A program made the position numbers and the translations under genes. The notes beneath the pieces were generated by a model. The model was not told the DNA's origin and ran no database searches. It worked only from the letters and a program-made list of their open reading frames with translations. Source: Eledone cirrhosa (Eukaryota). From it: a DNA stretch of 64,000 nt. Positions 40,422 through 54,881 of the stretch are shown here, piece after piece (within the stretch, counting starts at the first letter, position 1; each line of letters starts with the position of its first letter). The stretch covers positions 25,978,001 to 26,042,000 of the forward strand of contig OZ024746.1 in NCBI GenBank assembly GCA_964016885.1. The letters run 5' to 3'.

Positions 40422-41706
40422 CTTAGCCACTATACTTAGCCTTTGTTGACCGAGAGAAGGCCTTTGATAGGGTACCCCGATCTGTCATCTGGTGGTCCCT
40501 AAGGAAGCTAGGTGTTGAGGAATGGCTTGTGAGGACAGTGCAAACTTTGTACAGAGGTACTCTCAGTAAAGTCAGGGTAGGAATGGAGTTTAGTGAGGAA
40601 TTCCAGATACAAGTAAGAGTTCATCAAGGTTCAGTCCTCAGCCTGCTCTTGTTCATTATAGTCCTCTAAGCCATAACAGAGGAGTTTAAGACTGGCTGTC
40701 CATGGGAACTTCTCTATGCTGATGATCTGGTTCTTATAGCAGAATCAGTAGAGGAGCTAGAGAATAAATTCTGGCTATGGAAACAGCAGTTGGAAGCAAG
40801 AGGACTGAGAGTGAACCTAGCTAAGACAAAAGTGTTGATAAGTAGAAAAGCGGACAAAACCCTGATTCCATCAGGGAAAAGGCCATGTTCGATATGCAGA
40901 AAAGGAACTGGCATAAATTCTATAAAATGCACACAATGCAGATCCTGGGTACACAAGAGATGTAGCAGGATAGCAGGCAAACTAACAGGTAGGGAGAAAT
41001 ATGAATGCAGTAGATGTACAGGGAAATTAGACAGTAGAAGTCGCATTGATAGACACATTTTTCAGATGCAGGAGGGCGCTATAGAAGTGGTGGATAGCTT
41101 CCGGTACCTAGGAGATCAGATTAGCATGGGAGGAGGGTGTTCCGATGCCATAGTATCTAGAATAAGGGCGGGTTGGAAGAAGTTTAGGGAGCTTCTTCTT
41201 CTGTTGACGAAGAAGGGTTTCTCCCTGCGTATGAAAGGCCGGTTGTATGATGCCTGTGTGAGGAGCGCGATGCTGCATGGTAGTGAGACATGGGCAGCAA
41301 CTGCAGAGGATATGCGACGGCTGGAGAGAAATGAGGCAAGCATGCTCCGTTGGATGTGCAGTGTAAATGTGCGTGAACGACCCAGCATAAATGTGTTGAG
41401 AGAGAAACTGTGTCTGCGAGGGATAGAATGTAGTGTACGGGAGAGGAGACTGAGGTGGTATGGACATGTGATGTGCATGGAGGATGACCGAGGGGTGAAG
41501 AAGTGCCAGGAAATGCCAGTTGAAGGAAGACGTGGTAGAGATAGACCACGAAAAACATGGCTGGAGGTGGTGAGAACAGACCTCAGATCATTGAAGCTCA
41601 CGGTGGAGATGACGAAGGATCGTGACGAGTGGAGAGATGCTGTGCTGAATAAGACCCGTCCCACCCTTGCAAGCAGGGAAAAGTAAACGTAAAATGATGA
41701 TGATGA
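40422..41706 (+). mobile_element. RTE-clade LINE (family B), 5'-truncated, flanked by ~140-bp direct repeats
   Basis: LYLAFVD, VHQGSVLS, YADDL, PHD-like finger, RRLRWYGHV; (ATG)n tail; 40282-40421 matches 41732-41865. Confidence 0.95.
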
Positions 41707-42026
41707 TATATATATATATATATATATATAGATTCCTGTTGTTGGTGGGGGGGGGGACCACAGTTACAAAAGGTACTCAATACATTCGTAGAGTATAGGC
41801 ATCTTTATTATTCCAGTTGATTTCATATGAATGAAAGTTCTAGTCCTGTAGAAGTCATTTCTATATATATATAGAGATATAGATATATATATATAAGCAA
41901 AGGGATATTTAATTTGTTGGTAATTCAACAAATATATTTATAACAGATTCGAAGCACTCGACAGATTTTCTGGTGTATAATATCAATGATATTAATAAAT
42001 GGAAATTATATTTATAAAACCATATT

Positions 42027-42087
42027 TATTCTATTATATATATTTCAAGGGTACTAACATTTTGGTACGCTCTCATCAAATAAAATA
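42027..42087 (-). ncRNA. Hammerhead motif with one core mutation (TTGATGA)
   Basis: tattttat-TTGATGA-gagcgtacc..agtaccctt-GAAA-tatata-TA-atagaata. Confidence 0.65.
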
Positions 42088-42215
42088 TAAAGTTTGTTTT
42101 ATAAATATTGACATATCTAGGAATGAGACCTTAATGGTTGAAGTTTCACCTGGATAGTACTTGAACCGTTTAGGTCTCATTCCTGGATATGTCAATATTT
42201 ATAAAACAAACTTTG

Positions 42216-42276
42216 TATTTTATCTGATGAGAGCGTACCAAAGTTTTGTTACCCTTGGAATATATATAATAGAATA
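42216..42276 (+). ncRNA. Hammerhead motif with one core mutation (GGAA)
   Basis: tattttat-CTGATGA-gagcgtacc..ttaccctt-GGAA-tatata-TA-atagaata. Confidence 0.65.
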
Positions 42277-42295
42277 AATATGGTTTCCATTTATG

Positions 42296-42460
42296 AATTG
42301 TTTCTACTTTTGGCACAAGGCCAGCAATTACCCAGTGCATTACTGGTACTTTATTTTATCGACCCCGTAAAGATGAAAGGCAAAGTTAACCTTGACGGGA
42401 CGTAACTATGATAGAAAGCATGGCGCCCGACCCTCTACCGATACTGCCAATTCACCGCCC
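42296..42460 (-). mobile_element. tRNA-derived SINE family 2
   Basis: Matches 46051-46233 and 62673-62860. Confidence 0.85.
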
Positions 42461-43206
42461 TTTATTAATATCATTGATATATATATATATATTATATATC
42501 ATAGGATTTGTTTACTTCAAGCTCTAGCTGTTTAGTATAGCTCCTTAAACTGGACAGAATTTGTTGTCATCTGCCCCTCAGTGTAATGGCTAATACACTT
42601 GCTTGGTATTCAAGAGATACAGAGTTCAATTCCCTGTAGCAACTACTGTCATTTTTTCCATTGCTAAGGGTATTTTACCTAATTTTCTAAATTTCATAGT
42701 TATAAATTGTTGTTGCAGTTATTTTCTGCATTTGGATTCCCACCTTGGCCAGTATTGTTCCAGACCATGTCTAACTTAATAGCACCACTTGGCAAAGTAT
42801 ATATACATATATATATATGATCCCATAACTCATGATGGAGTTATAGGAGCACCGTTATGACATTTTAAAGACCTTGTGGAGTCCATCCCCTCACCATGTC
42901 TAAATACACTCGATTTCTCAGAGAGAGAGAAAGAGGAGAGAAATAAGACAATGAACCAACCACACTATTGCACTGGTACTCTCGACCATTAGGCCACGCA
43001 CCGCCACTTTTTTTGTTTATGCCTCAAGTAAATAGGTTTGTTTTATAAAATAATTCAGCTTTTCTTGAAGATTTCACAAAATTCAATTTTATTTTTGAAG
43101 TTTTAGAAAATATTCAAGAAAACAAATGTAAGGTAAATTAATAAAACATTTTCTAGAATATTAACTTTGTGTTTATGTGTGTGTAATGAGCATGTTTATG
43201 CACGTG

Positions 43207-43258
<52 letters not shown>

Positions 43259-45004
43259 TATAAAGATATAATTGTATAGATATGTATATATGTAAAGTGT
43301 GTGTGAATTAAAGTAACAAATTTAAAACATTAATTTTCTTTTCTCGTGAAGAGATAACCAAATCATGAAACTGTTTTGTTAAATCTAAAATAAAATATTT
43401 TATAGAAAAAATATACTTTCTCCCTAGTTTTACTTTCTCTAATCAAACTAACAATAAATTCCATCGTTTTCACAATAAACTGTTGAAACAGTTATGGTTT
43501 GTAATAATGTTATCGAGAAGTTTCTGGAAAAGTTAAATTGTGTCAATGTGAAAAATAGAAAAAAACATTAAAAAATATTTTTAAAGAGTTAAAAAAAAAA
43601 TACAATCAGCCAACCAATTCACGAAATACTCAAACAGCCAACTAACCAATCAGCCAGCTAACTCACCAACCAGCTAGCTAACCAATCAACCAACCAGCTA
43701 GCCAACCAAGCAACCAGCCAGCCTGCAAAACTCAATTATACTTTCCTTCTATGGAACATTACACTGGTTTCACTTTCGATGTGACAATCGTATTTCCTAT
43801 TGTTTTCGATATGTTTTAAATGAATATGGCCTTCAAAGTAGTCAGAAATTGGTAAAAAAATCATTATGCAATGGAATTGTGAGACAAAAACCTAGACTTT
43901 AAACAAAACTTTAAACATTTTAAATATTAAAATATTAAAACTTCATGAGAATTTTAAAACAGTACCATCATGTGTTGATTATCTACCTCAGTTTATAAAT
44001 GGGGTATGAGTTTTGCCTATTTCTCAGACATAAAATAAAGGGTTGGCTTATATTCAGATTAGCTTATATCCATGTATATATGGTAAACAGAAAGATACTT
44101 TTACTGATTTTAGTTATTAGAATGTGGCAATGCTGGAGCACCACCTTCAAGGGATTTAGTAAATTATATTGACTTCAGTACTCTTTTTTTAAAATCTTGT
44201 ACTTATTTTATCAATCTTCTTTTGTTGAACCACTTAGTTACAGGACACAGATACAAATGTAAATACAGATATGGATACACACACATACATATGATGAGAT
44301 ACTACAGTTTCTGTCTATCAAGTTTCACTCACAAGGTATTCATCATGCCCTAAGTTTCACACAGTGGGAGTGAACAATAAACTATGTGGTTAAAAAATGA
44401 AATCCTTAACCACAGCCAAGCCTGTGCCAACTCTCTCACACACATATCACCATTACAATTTTATGTCTGCTTTTCCATGCTTGCATATATATATATCATC
44501 ATCACCACTGTTTAACAGCCATTTTTCCATTCTAGCATATATACATCATCATCATCATCACCACTGTTTAACAGCCATTTTTCCATTCTAGCATATATAC
44601 ATATGTGTGTGTATGTGTGTATTGTATATATATATATATATAAGAAAGTTATTTGTCTTTAATATAGCCAGACATCTCAATGAAAAAATAAAATATCAAC
44701 TGACGTGTTTTAATTTGTCTAACCTAAATGCCCCGAATTAAGATTTTGGCTTAAGTTTAATATGTTTAAATATATATGGTTTTGATCAAGTGATCTTAGT
44801 AGACCACAAAAGAGGAAAAAGCCAATATTTACAATAGAATAGAGTAAATATATAAGTTTATTTATTTTTTTCCTTACAGCATAGCTATGATAATATTTTT
44901 GTGGGAAAAAGTGCAATTTATACAGGAATAGACACAGTACTATAAAATAATTCAATGATGAGTATAGAGCTGGGAATAATAAATAAATAAGATGCTTTTA
45001 GCTG

Positions 45005-45802
45005 TTTTGATATCAACCCACCAGAAACCCACACTGGTTCTATGATACAAAGCTGTTTGATTATATTCATCTAAAAATCTTCCATCACACTTTTATGTAA
45101 CAACCTTTGTTATGTTCCAAACATCAGCTTAATAATGGGAAAGTTATTTAACTAAATCCCTCAAAATTCTTAATTATTTTCAAAATTATTTGAAAATCAT
45201 AGGCAGTGTCTTCCATTATAAATATGGTAACAGGGTTAAAGTGTTTATATTTATCTAAAAAGCTTCCATCACAATTTTATCTAAGAACTATTGTTAAATT
45301 ATGTTCCAAACGCCAGCTTAATAATGAAAAAGTTAATTATATTACTAAATCCCTCCCAATTCTTGATTATTTTCAAAATTATTTGACAACTACAAGCAGT
45401 GTATTTCATTAGAAATATGGTAAGAAAAAGGATAAAAAAGATTTATCTAAAAAGCTTCCATCATAATTTTATCTAAGAACTATTGTTAAATTATGTTCCA
45501 AACATCAATCTAATAATGAGAAAGTTAGTTATACATTATTACTAAATCCCTCCCAACATTTTATTATTTTCAAAATCATAGGCAGTGTATTTCATTAGAA
45601 ATATGGTAACAAAAAGGTTAAAGTGTTTATATTTATCTAAAAATGTTTTATGTTAGAACCTTTGTTAATTATGTTCCAAACATCAGCTTAATGAGAAAGT
45701 TAGTTATATTAGTAAATCCTTCCCAATTCTTGATTATTTTCAAAATTATTTGAAAACCATAGACTGACTCTCATTAGAAATGTGGTAATGAAAGGGTTTA
45801 AA
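45005..45802. repeat. MITE family B with ~185-bp segment in about 4 tandem copies
   Basis: Repeated atctaaaaagcttccatca..ttccaaacatcagc..cattagaaatatggtaa..gggttaa. Confidence 0.75.
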
Positions 45803-46050
45803 TAAATGATGTTTTGTAGCATTGTAACAGTATTTTATTGTTGTGGAAATAATAGCAAACATTATGTAGCAGCTAGTGTTTTATTGTTGTTGAGATAATA
45901 GCCAACATTATGTAATTTGGTGCCTCAAACACTGAACATCTAATTATGGCAGCTTCGTAATTGATTCTAAAAACTTTAAAAAGTCTTCAATAATAGAATT
46001 AACAAAACAAAACAAATTACATTTGTAATAGAAATACAAATAATAATAAT

Positions 46051-46233
46051 TGTTTCTACTTTAGGCACAAGGCCAGCAATTACCCAGTGCATTACTGGTA
46101 CTTTATTTTATCGACCCCGTAAGGATGAAAGGCAAAGTGAACCTCGGCGGGATTTGAACTCAGACCGTAAAGGGCCGTAACTCTTTGCTGGAAAGTATGG
46201 CGTCCGACCCTCTACCGATACTGCCAATCCACC
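46051..46233 (-). mobile_element. tRNA-derived SINE family 2 with 18-bp TSD
   Basis: TSD aatacaaataataataat at 46033-46050 and 46234-46251; inserted in the tail of an older relative (46252-46457). Confidence 0.88.
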
Positions 46234-47592
46234 AATACAAATAATAATAATGGTTCCTGATTTAGGTACAAGGCCAACAATTTTGGGGGGAGGGGAAAGT
46301 TGATTAAATCAACCCCAGTACGTTACTGGTTCTTTATTTTATTGACCCTATAAGGATGAAAGGCAAAATTAACCTCGGGGATTCAAACTCAGAATGTAAA
46401 GGGTCGTAACTATGTCACAAAGCATTGTCCAACACTCTACCAATACTGGCAATCCAATAACAAAGCTACAATATAACAGCAATGCTAACAACAACAACAA
46501 TAATAAACCACAAGAACAATAACATTTATGATATCAACATTAACACATCCTAATTTTACATCTACTACCTGTTTTTCCATACTAGCATGGGTTGGACAAA
46601 CACACACAACACCAAAATCAATTTAATATTGTTGTTGTATGTTTGTAATGGAATGAGTTAACCTTTTTGATACCAACATAACCAGAACCACTCTGGTTCA
46701 ATGAAACAAAACCATCCATTTTAAAGGGGGGTACATCCAACATAATTTTATATATGAACTATATGTTACGTTACTAACATAACAATAAAGTAATAATTTT
46801 AGTAAATCCATCCAAATTCTTCAATTAAACCTTTTGGTACCTACTTGGCTTTTTAAAGAATTCCCATTTAAACATAATTTGTTATCTAATAAACACCATC
46901 TTAATAATGAAAAAATAATTTTATTAATTTCCTCTAAATTCATCATTAATTATAGAATGTATTTCAATGTAAAAGGGTTAAAGTTTGTTTTCATTAATAA
47001 ATTTACTGGGAAATATTTTCTAACTGAATCTTGAGAAATAACAATCATTCTGGATGTGGGTGTAAGAGAAAGACAGAGAGAGAGAGTGTGTGTGTATGTG
47101 CGTGTGTGAGAGAGAGAGAGAGAGACAGAGTGTGTGTGTGTGTGTGTATAGAACTCAACCGAAATGAGAGAGAACAAATGTTTGGGCCTTGTATATATAA
47201 AATAATTCATTAATTGAAGGAATAAGTAAGAGCTGCTGTATATGGGTTGTTTGTGTGAAGTTCATCAGCCACAGAACAGTGAGAGAAGGGGGAAGAAATA
47301 ATGTCAGGACTGAGTTACAACTGATGGGTGAGAAGGAGGGTGACAAGTAGGATGTCATATGTGTACAACAAGTGTGGTGGGATTTAAAGGGGTAATCTCA
47401 GATAAAGTGGGGGAGGGGATACTGTGAAGATGAAAACAGTTACTAAAGAGCTATGACAGGTGTGATGGGATTTAAGAAGGTGATGTGAAGGTGATCATAG
47501 ATAGAAGAGGGGGGGGGGGGCTAGTGATTGTGAGAATAGTTAATAAGGAGTGATGATGGGGGGGGGGGGGGGGGGCATGAATGGTTTAAGCT

Positions 47593-47653
<61 letters not shown>

Positions 47654-48584
47654 AATGCAGTGCTGTTTTAACTACTTTCTTTGTTATGCTACGATTTAAA
47701 ATTGTGGTTAAAGCTATGTCATGGAACCATTCCTCATAACCAAGTAAAAAGAAAATGTGATGATATTCAAATTCAAGAACAACAGAAAATTTTCCTACTG
47801 AACGAATGAGGAATTTTGCTATGAAAATAAAATAGTTGGCAAGGGAGAAAGTAAAAGTCTGATACATGGTGGAGGGGAGCAGAAAAGAAAGATGAAAGAA
47901 TTGGTATATTGAATTGAAGTAGTTTTGGATCAATGCTTTTTCCTATTGCCTGATCAGATCTGAATAAATATCAGGAATTTAATACAGAAATTATTGAACA
48001 ATGAAACTATATTTGTTCTTCTCAGCATGTATGGATTGGATTCAATATACAGCGAAGGTTTTGGCTATGATAGCACCGCTTCACTCAGAATTTAATGTTT
48101 CTTCTTACTTTCCTCTCTCTCTCTCTTAAACACACACACACACACAGCTCAACCTACATACACACACACACACACAGCTCAACTTACACACACACAGACA
48201 GAATTTAATGTTTCTTGTTACTTTCCCCTCTCTCTCTCTCTCTTTCACACACACACAGCCCAACCTACATACACACACGCACACAGCTCAACTTACACAC
48301 AGACAGAATTTAATGTTTCTTGTTACTTTCCCCTCTCTCTCTCTCTCTCTTTCACACACACACAGCTCTCTCTTTCACATGCACAATCTCTCTTTCATAT
48401 TCACAAACACGTAAGTACACCCACGTAGATACACAAACAGACAAGCATGTAAGGTGTCTCCTACACATACACATAGATATACAAACATGTAGACACAGGC
48501 ACACATGGTTCTTAATATGTAACATCTAAGATATCTTAGATAATTTAAAGTGTGAAATAGCATGTAATAAAAGGTTACACACAA

Positions 48585-48930
48585 GTGTGTTGTGTTTGTA
48601 TGTATGTCTATATGTGTATGTATGGTGTGTATGTATGTATGTCTATATGTGTATGTACGTTGTGTGTGTATGTCTATATGTGTATGTATGTTGTGTGTGT
48701 GTATGTCTATATGTGTATGTATGTTGTGTGTGTGTATGTCTATATGTGTATGTATGTTGTGTGTGTGTATGTCTATATGTGTATGTATGTTGTGTGTGTG
48801 TATGTCTATATGTGTATGTATGTTGTGTGTGTGTATGTCTATATGTGTATGTACGTTGTGTGTGTGTATGTCTATATGTGTATGTATGTTGTGTGTGTAT
48901 GTCTATATGTGTATGTATGTTGTGTGTATG
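48585..48930. repeat. 33-bp minisatellite
   Basis: tatgtctatatgtgtatgtatgttgtgtgtgtg, ~10 copies. Confidence 0.93.
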
Positions 48931-51900
48931 TAGAGCATATTCCAAGTGAGAAGCTTAAACATGTTCTAACACATACATATTATATATATACGTGTGTATG
49001 TACGTTTGTGTATGTATGTGTGTTTGTATACGTGTGTGTATGTATGTATGTATGTATGTATGTATGTATGTGTGTGTATGTATGTATCATATGTCCTACT
49101 TAGCAGGTTTAATAGGTAAGCAGCATTAATAAACCTTTATATTCCTGATAATATTCTGTTGCAGTTGACCAGGTGTCAACTACTTCTTTAACATACCATA
49201 GTGTCAACTTTGCTTCGTAATCCATAGTTGTGAGTTCAATCCTCCTTTGTTTAAAACATTTTTTTCATTTCTTTCTTATTCTTTTTATATTTTAGATTCT
49301 GAGATCAACTCTCACTACTTCTTCCTTGATCTCATCACTTCTTCCAATGTCTTCCTTGGTCTTTCCTCATCGAGAAAGCCAGAACAAACACCATAAGGTA
49401 TTTAATCTCACACTCAAATGACTGATAATTTGTCAACTATAACAAGTTATGTAATGGAGCTACATTCTATTGTTTAAAGCAATGTAATGTGTAAATAAAA
49501 CTGATGGTGGTAATGATGACAACTACAGTGTGGATGTTAGTAACACACATACACAGATATAGGCACAGTCACACACATTGATACACTCACAGAGACATAG
49601 TCACACATTGATACACAGATACAGTCACCGACAGATACACACAGTAACACAAATACACAGACAGAGTCACACATAGAAAATAACATACTTGCAGACATAT
49701 GAACACATATACAGACACACAGTCACACATACAAACATGTACATGCACACACATCCACAGACAATCACACACACACACCGTCACACAAACATACTTCGTT
49801 TCAAAACATGCCCACCCTTTTTATTTGTAAGTATGTGAATATACATATATATATTGTAAAGATATGTGACAGTGTTTAGTGTGTTCAGCTTGCAATCTTT
49901 ATGTTGTGAGTTTGATTCCCAGTGGCATGTTGAGCAAGACATTCTATTTCATGTTCACTCAATTGTAACTGTAATTCAAAGGGCCAGTCATGTGACACAT
50001 TGTGTCTCGATGAATCTCCCTGAAAACTACAATATAGGTACACATGCCTACAGAATGCTCTTCCACAGGGATGCTAATTTCTTGAGCAGGCAATTGGAAC
50101 ACTCGTCATCGGAATAGATTGAGGTCCAATACACACACACACACACACATCATGATCTATAAGTTAGCAGCCTACATAAATTAACCCTTTTGATACCAAC
50201 CTGGCCAAAACCAACTCTGGTTCTATGAAACAGAGCACCTTATTTTAAAGAGTTCCTATTTAAGTTCAAATGTTAGTAAATCCCTCAACACTGGTTCATG
50301 AAACAAAACTTCCCATTTTATAGGGTTCCATTTGAAACCCAAGCCTTCCAACATAATTTTATATAAGTTACTATCTTAGAAATGAAATGATTAGTAATTT
50401 TAGTAAATTCCTTAAAATTCTTCTAGAAATGCAGTTATGAGAGTCATCATTGTCATCATCGTTTAATGTCTATCTTTCAACACTAACATGCGTTAGATGA
50501 ATTGTCCTGTTGCGAGATAGACCAACTCATGTGACCATGTCTTGCTAATACAAAACTGACTGCTACAGCCGGATGCCCTTCCTAAGGCCAATCACATTTA
50601 CAGTGAATACTGGCTGTTTTTTGTCATGACACCTACATGATCGCTTTACAGCATGGGCTGGGCGCATTTTGCTATTGGTGTTGAAGATGACAAAAAGTTA
50701 TTAGTTAATGCTTTTGATACTAAACTGCCTGAAACTGCCCCTGGTTCTATGATGTAAAACTGTTTATTTTAAAGTGTTAATCAATATCATCAACATCATT
50801 TAACATCTATTTTCCATGCTTGCATGGGTTATATTTCTATAAAAAACCTTCCATCATAGTTTTATGTAAAATTAAGTTTCAAACACCAGTAATGAGAAAG
50901 TTAGTTATATTACTAAATGCTGCCAAATTGGTTATTTTCAAAAAGATTTGAAGATGATAGGCGGTGTCTTTCATTAGAAATATTCTAATGAAAGGGTTGA
51001 ATATGCAAACAATAAAAGAAGAATTTGAACAAATAAAATGTCATAGATTTCAACATTTCCTGGGGGTGAGAAATTTTAAATATTCTATTTTTGATCCTTT
51101 TATTTTATTTATTTATTTATCTCTTATTATTACCATTATTATTATTATTATTTTTTTTTTTCTAAACCAGAAAATGCAAATTTTCTGCACTGTTAAAGAA
51201 TTATAGCCACAGTTGAACATTATTTCTAAAGTGTTTTAGAAAATTATGGGTTCTTTGACCTAAATAGTTTCTTCAATTTATAACATGCATCAAATACTTT
51301 TCTTCATTGCTTGATCAACTTTGAAATGATGAAAGCTACTTGAGTTGAGAGAGGCAGAGTACAACTGATAGAGATGAAAGGTGAGAAATGCTTTATGAAG
51401 CAGAGTAACCAGTAATGAATGCTAAGGTTACCTAGAGGTAATAATCTCGAGAGTAGAGAAAGGAGGAAACTTAATTTACTGAAGCAAGTAAAAGAGGGCG
51501 TACATCAAAGGGAGGAATGGTAATGTTATTTTTTTTTATATAAAAAGAGGTTGTGAAAATTGAATAAAAAATGTCTAAAAAAAAAAAGGGCCTAGAAATT
51601 ATGGAATTAAATTAGAGGAAAATATATTCTTCTATTCTTTTATCGTTTACTAGTTTCAGTTAGACTGCTGCCATACTGGGGCACTGCTTTAAAGGGATTT
51701 AGTTGATCATATCAACTCTAGTATTATTTTTTTAAAAGTTTGTTTTATTTTATTTTATCATTTTTTTTTTGGGGGGGGGGTTGTTACATGATCACATACG
51801 TAAATGGTTGCGAGGACACTTCAGTTATTTCAAAGATATGACAGCTTCTTTAGTGTTAGTGTCATGGTAAAATGCACCTAGTATATGCTGTAAAGTGCAG

Positions 51901-53024
51901 AATTGTATGTGTGATGCAGCACTGGACCATCAGAGAGGTCAGTAGTTCCAATTAAGTACCGACTTGGTCTATGATGACGTGTTTAGATTTTGCTAGCAGG
52001 GAAAATGGATATCAAATGTTGATGATGACAAGGATGATGATGATAATATGGACACATATATATATGTGGAGGGCTTTTGCAGATTCCATCTACTGAATTC
52101 CACTTACAAGGCATTGGTCAACCTGGGACTGCAGCAGAAGACACTCGCCCATGCTGCCACATAATAGTGTTGAATCCAGAATCATATAGTTGAAATACAA
52201 ACTCCTTAATCACATAACCATATCTGCATCTATGTTCTTTTCTGTTTTGTAAACTTTGGGCATTGGACACTAACAGAGAAATTTCAATGCAGAGAAGAAC
52301 ATCAGTTTGATTTTTCTTCTCACTGGTGTTAAGGATATGACAACCCCCTAGATAAAATACACCTAGTGTACTCTGTAAAGTGGTTAGTGTTAGAAAGAAC
52401 CCAACTATAGAAACCATGCTAAAACAAAAGGCTGAGAGGATTCTTCAGTTGTGTCAAAGACATGACAACCACCCTATTGCTGGTGCCAGTATAAAATACA
52501 TCCAGTACACTATGTAAAGTGGTTGGTGATTGGAAGGGCATCTAGATGTAGAAATCATGCCAAACCAAAATGTATATAAGCTAGATGTGGTCTATATGAG
52601 AGGCCAGAAACTCTAAATAAGCACTGACTTGGTTTCTGATAAACTGTCCAATCCTTTCAAACAAGGGGGAAAAATAGATGTAAAAATCATGCTGGTGCTG
52701 GTGGTGATGATTATGTTGGTGTTTCTACAATGTCTTAAATTCTATGATATGTATCTGAAGGTAGTTCTGTTTAGATCATGTATAAATAAGCAGTGTATTT
52801 CTACAAACATACTTTGTGTAAATTGATCAAACTCCTTTTTATTTGAAGTTTCTCTTTGTATTATTATTATTGTTGGTTAAGCTATCTTTGGGATTATGGT
52901 AATTCTATAATGCTATAAAGGTTTCTTTTTCTACTTCAATGGAAACAGATTGTAACAAACAAGTTATACATGTGTGTGCACACACATGTGTATGTATACA
53001 TACACGCATATACATACCTATATC

Positions 53025-53056
<32 letters not shown>

Positions 53057-54665
53057 ACATATATATATACAGACACACACAAATATACATATATATCTGA
53101 TAAAATACCCCCAATCAGTCACATCTACCCATACTCTGCATTTCTATGGATAATAATATATTTTCCTAGAGAAACCAAAATAGTTACATTTAAGAATGTG
53201 TGAAAAACTCTTCAAATCTACATCTACTTTGACAATACAAAACAGTTTTACCTCCTCCATTACCATATTTCTTATGATGGTTTTCAAATAATTTTTGAAA
53301 TAATCAAGAATTTGAAGATATTTAGTAATACAACTAACTTTCTCATTATCTATCTGATGTTTGGAACATAACAACAAATGTTCTTACATAACATTATGGT
53401 GGAAGGTTTTTAAAAAAATATAAACACAAGAAGACTGAGATGGATCTGTACTATCAAGACTAATAATATGATGTTACATAGCTACTATCAATTAGTTACA
53501 ATATTGATTTATCATGATCAGTCAACCTTCTGAAACGATTGTAAAACAATGAACTAATTAAGTACTAAGCTTCACCTTTTGTTTTCATCATTCAAAGTAT
53601 ATATAAATATAAGCACATAAAAATAAACAGTTTGATATCATCAAAGGCAGTTTCAGGTTGTTTGGTATCAAACAGGTTAATGGTATTTGAATATAACATA
53701 TTTTCAAATATTATATGAATTTTTGATGAAATAGAACAGGCATGCACATACCAGACCCTGACAGGAGGCCCTGAATGAAGGCAGACAATAACAAATATGG
53801 GATATATGTGGATAAAGATGAGAAACAGAGGGAAAAGGTTTCTGATAAGGTCAAAGGCTCTGATGGAAGGACTTTGGCAATTGATTAATTTGTTGATAGG
53901 GTAACAAGGGTAAAGACCCACTTCAGTCATGAATAACCATGGGATTTCCACCTAAAGGCATAAGTCCAGGCAAGGTTGGTTGTATTTGTTAATTCAAATG
54001 TTTATCATACATTTACTATTGAACAGATTGTTGTAGAAATTTGCAGTACTAAAAAAAAAAAGACTAATTTTTAATGTGATTCAGTCATAATGCTGTTTTG
54101 TAATGTTCAAGAATGTCTTGCTAATGTGGCTTTATGTAGTTTAGAATAGAATGGGAAATCAGTGGACAAAACCCCAGACCTCACTCACTAACCAAGTGGG
54201 GCTGGAGCTCGTCAAATTGGACCAAAGAAACAATGTTTTCTTTGGCCTTTCCATTGCTGATACTATCTACTAGTTGCAACTCCTGGCAAGAGGAGCAATG
54301 TGAAATAAAGTGTGTTGCTTAAGGACATAACACATCACGTGGCCCAGGAATCGAACTCGCAACCTCCCGACTGTGAATCCAATTCCCTAACTAGTAAGCC
54401 ACCCACCTATAGTTTGTTAATTCCAATGTTTATAGTATCTTCACTAAAGGACAAGTTGTTATGAAAATCTGCAGTACTAAAGACTTGAAATATTAATGTG
54501 ATGCAGATATAGTGCTTTTTGTACTTTTCAATAATGTTTTGCTAATACATTTGAAATATTGGTTAGAATATTAAAAGCATATCATGCAGGAGCTCCCAGT
54601 AGGTAGTATTGATCTTCAACCTGACCTCAACAATACAAACATACATTCATCCTCATCATCGTTGT

Positions 54666-54881
54666 TTAACCCTTTAGCATTTACATTACTCTATATATAC
54701 TATTGTATTTTCGCGGTAAAGGCTTTATCTCACATAATACTGAATCTATGAGATTTTGATATTATTCATTTTGAGAACAATACCTTAACATCAGTATGAG
54801 TGGCCAGTTATGGCTGGTTTGAACTGAAAGAGGTGAGAATGTTCTGGCCAGATACAGCTGGTTTAAATGCTAAAGGGTTAA
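54666..54881. mobile_element. piggyBac-type MITE family A with perfect ends
   Basis: TTAA-ccctttagcattta ... taaatgctaaaggg-TTAA; interrupts an RTE-type tail; partial copies at 56556-56760 and ~63215-63432. Confidence 0.88.

Larger units (their letters stand above)
41898..42480. mobile_element. PLE terminal-repeat fold-back insertion, with a later SINE in the right arm
   Basis: ~41980-42142 is inverted relative to 42161-42294 plus 42461-42480; (TA)n on both sides. Confidence 0.75.

Noticed and set aside
48585-49103. Cys-rich repeat protein
   Set aside because: Translation of a 33-bp TG/TA minisatellite
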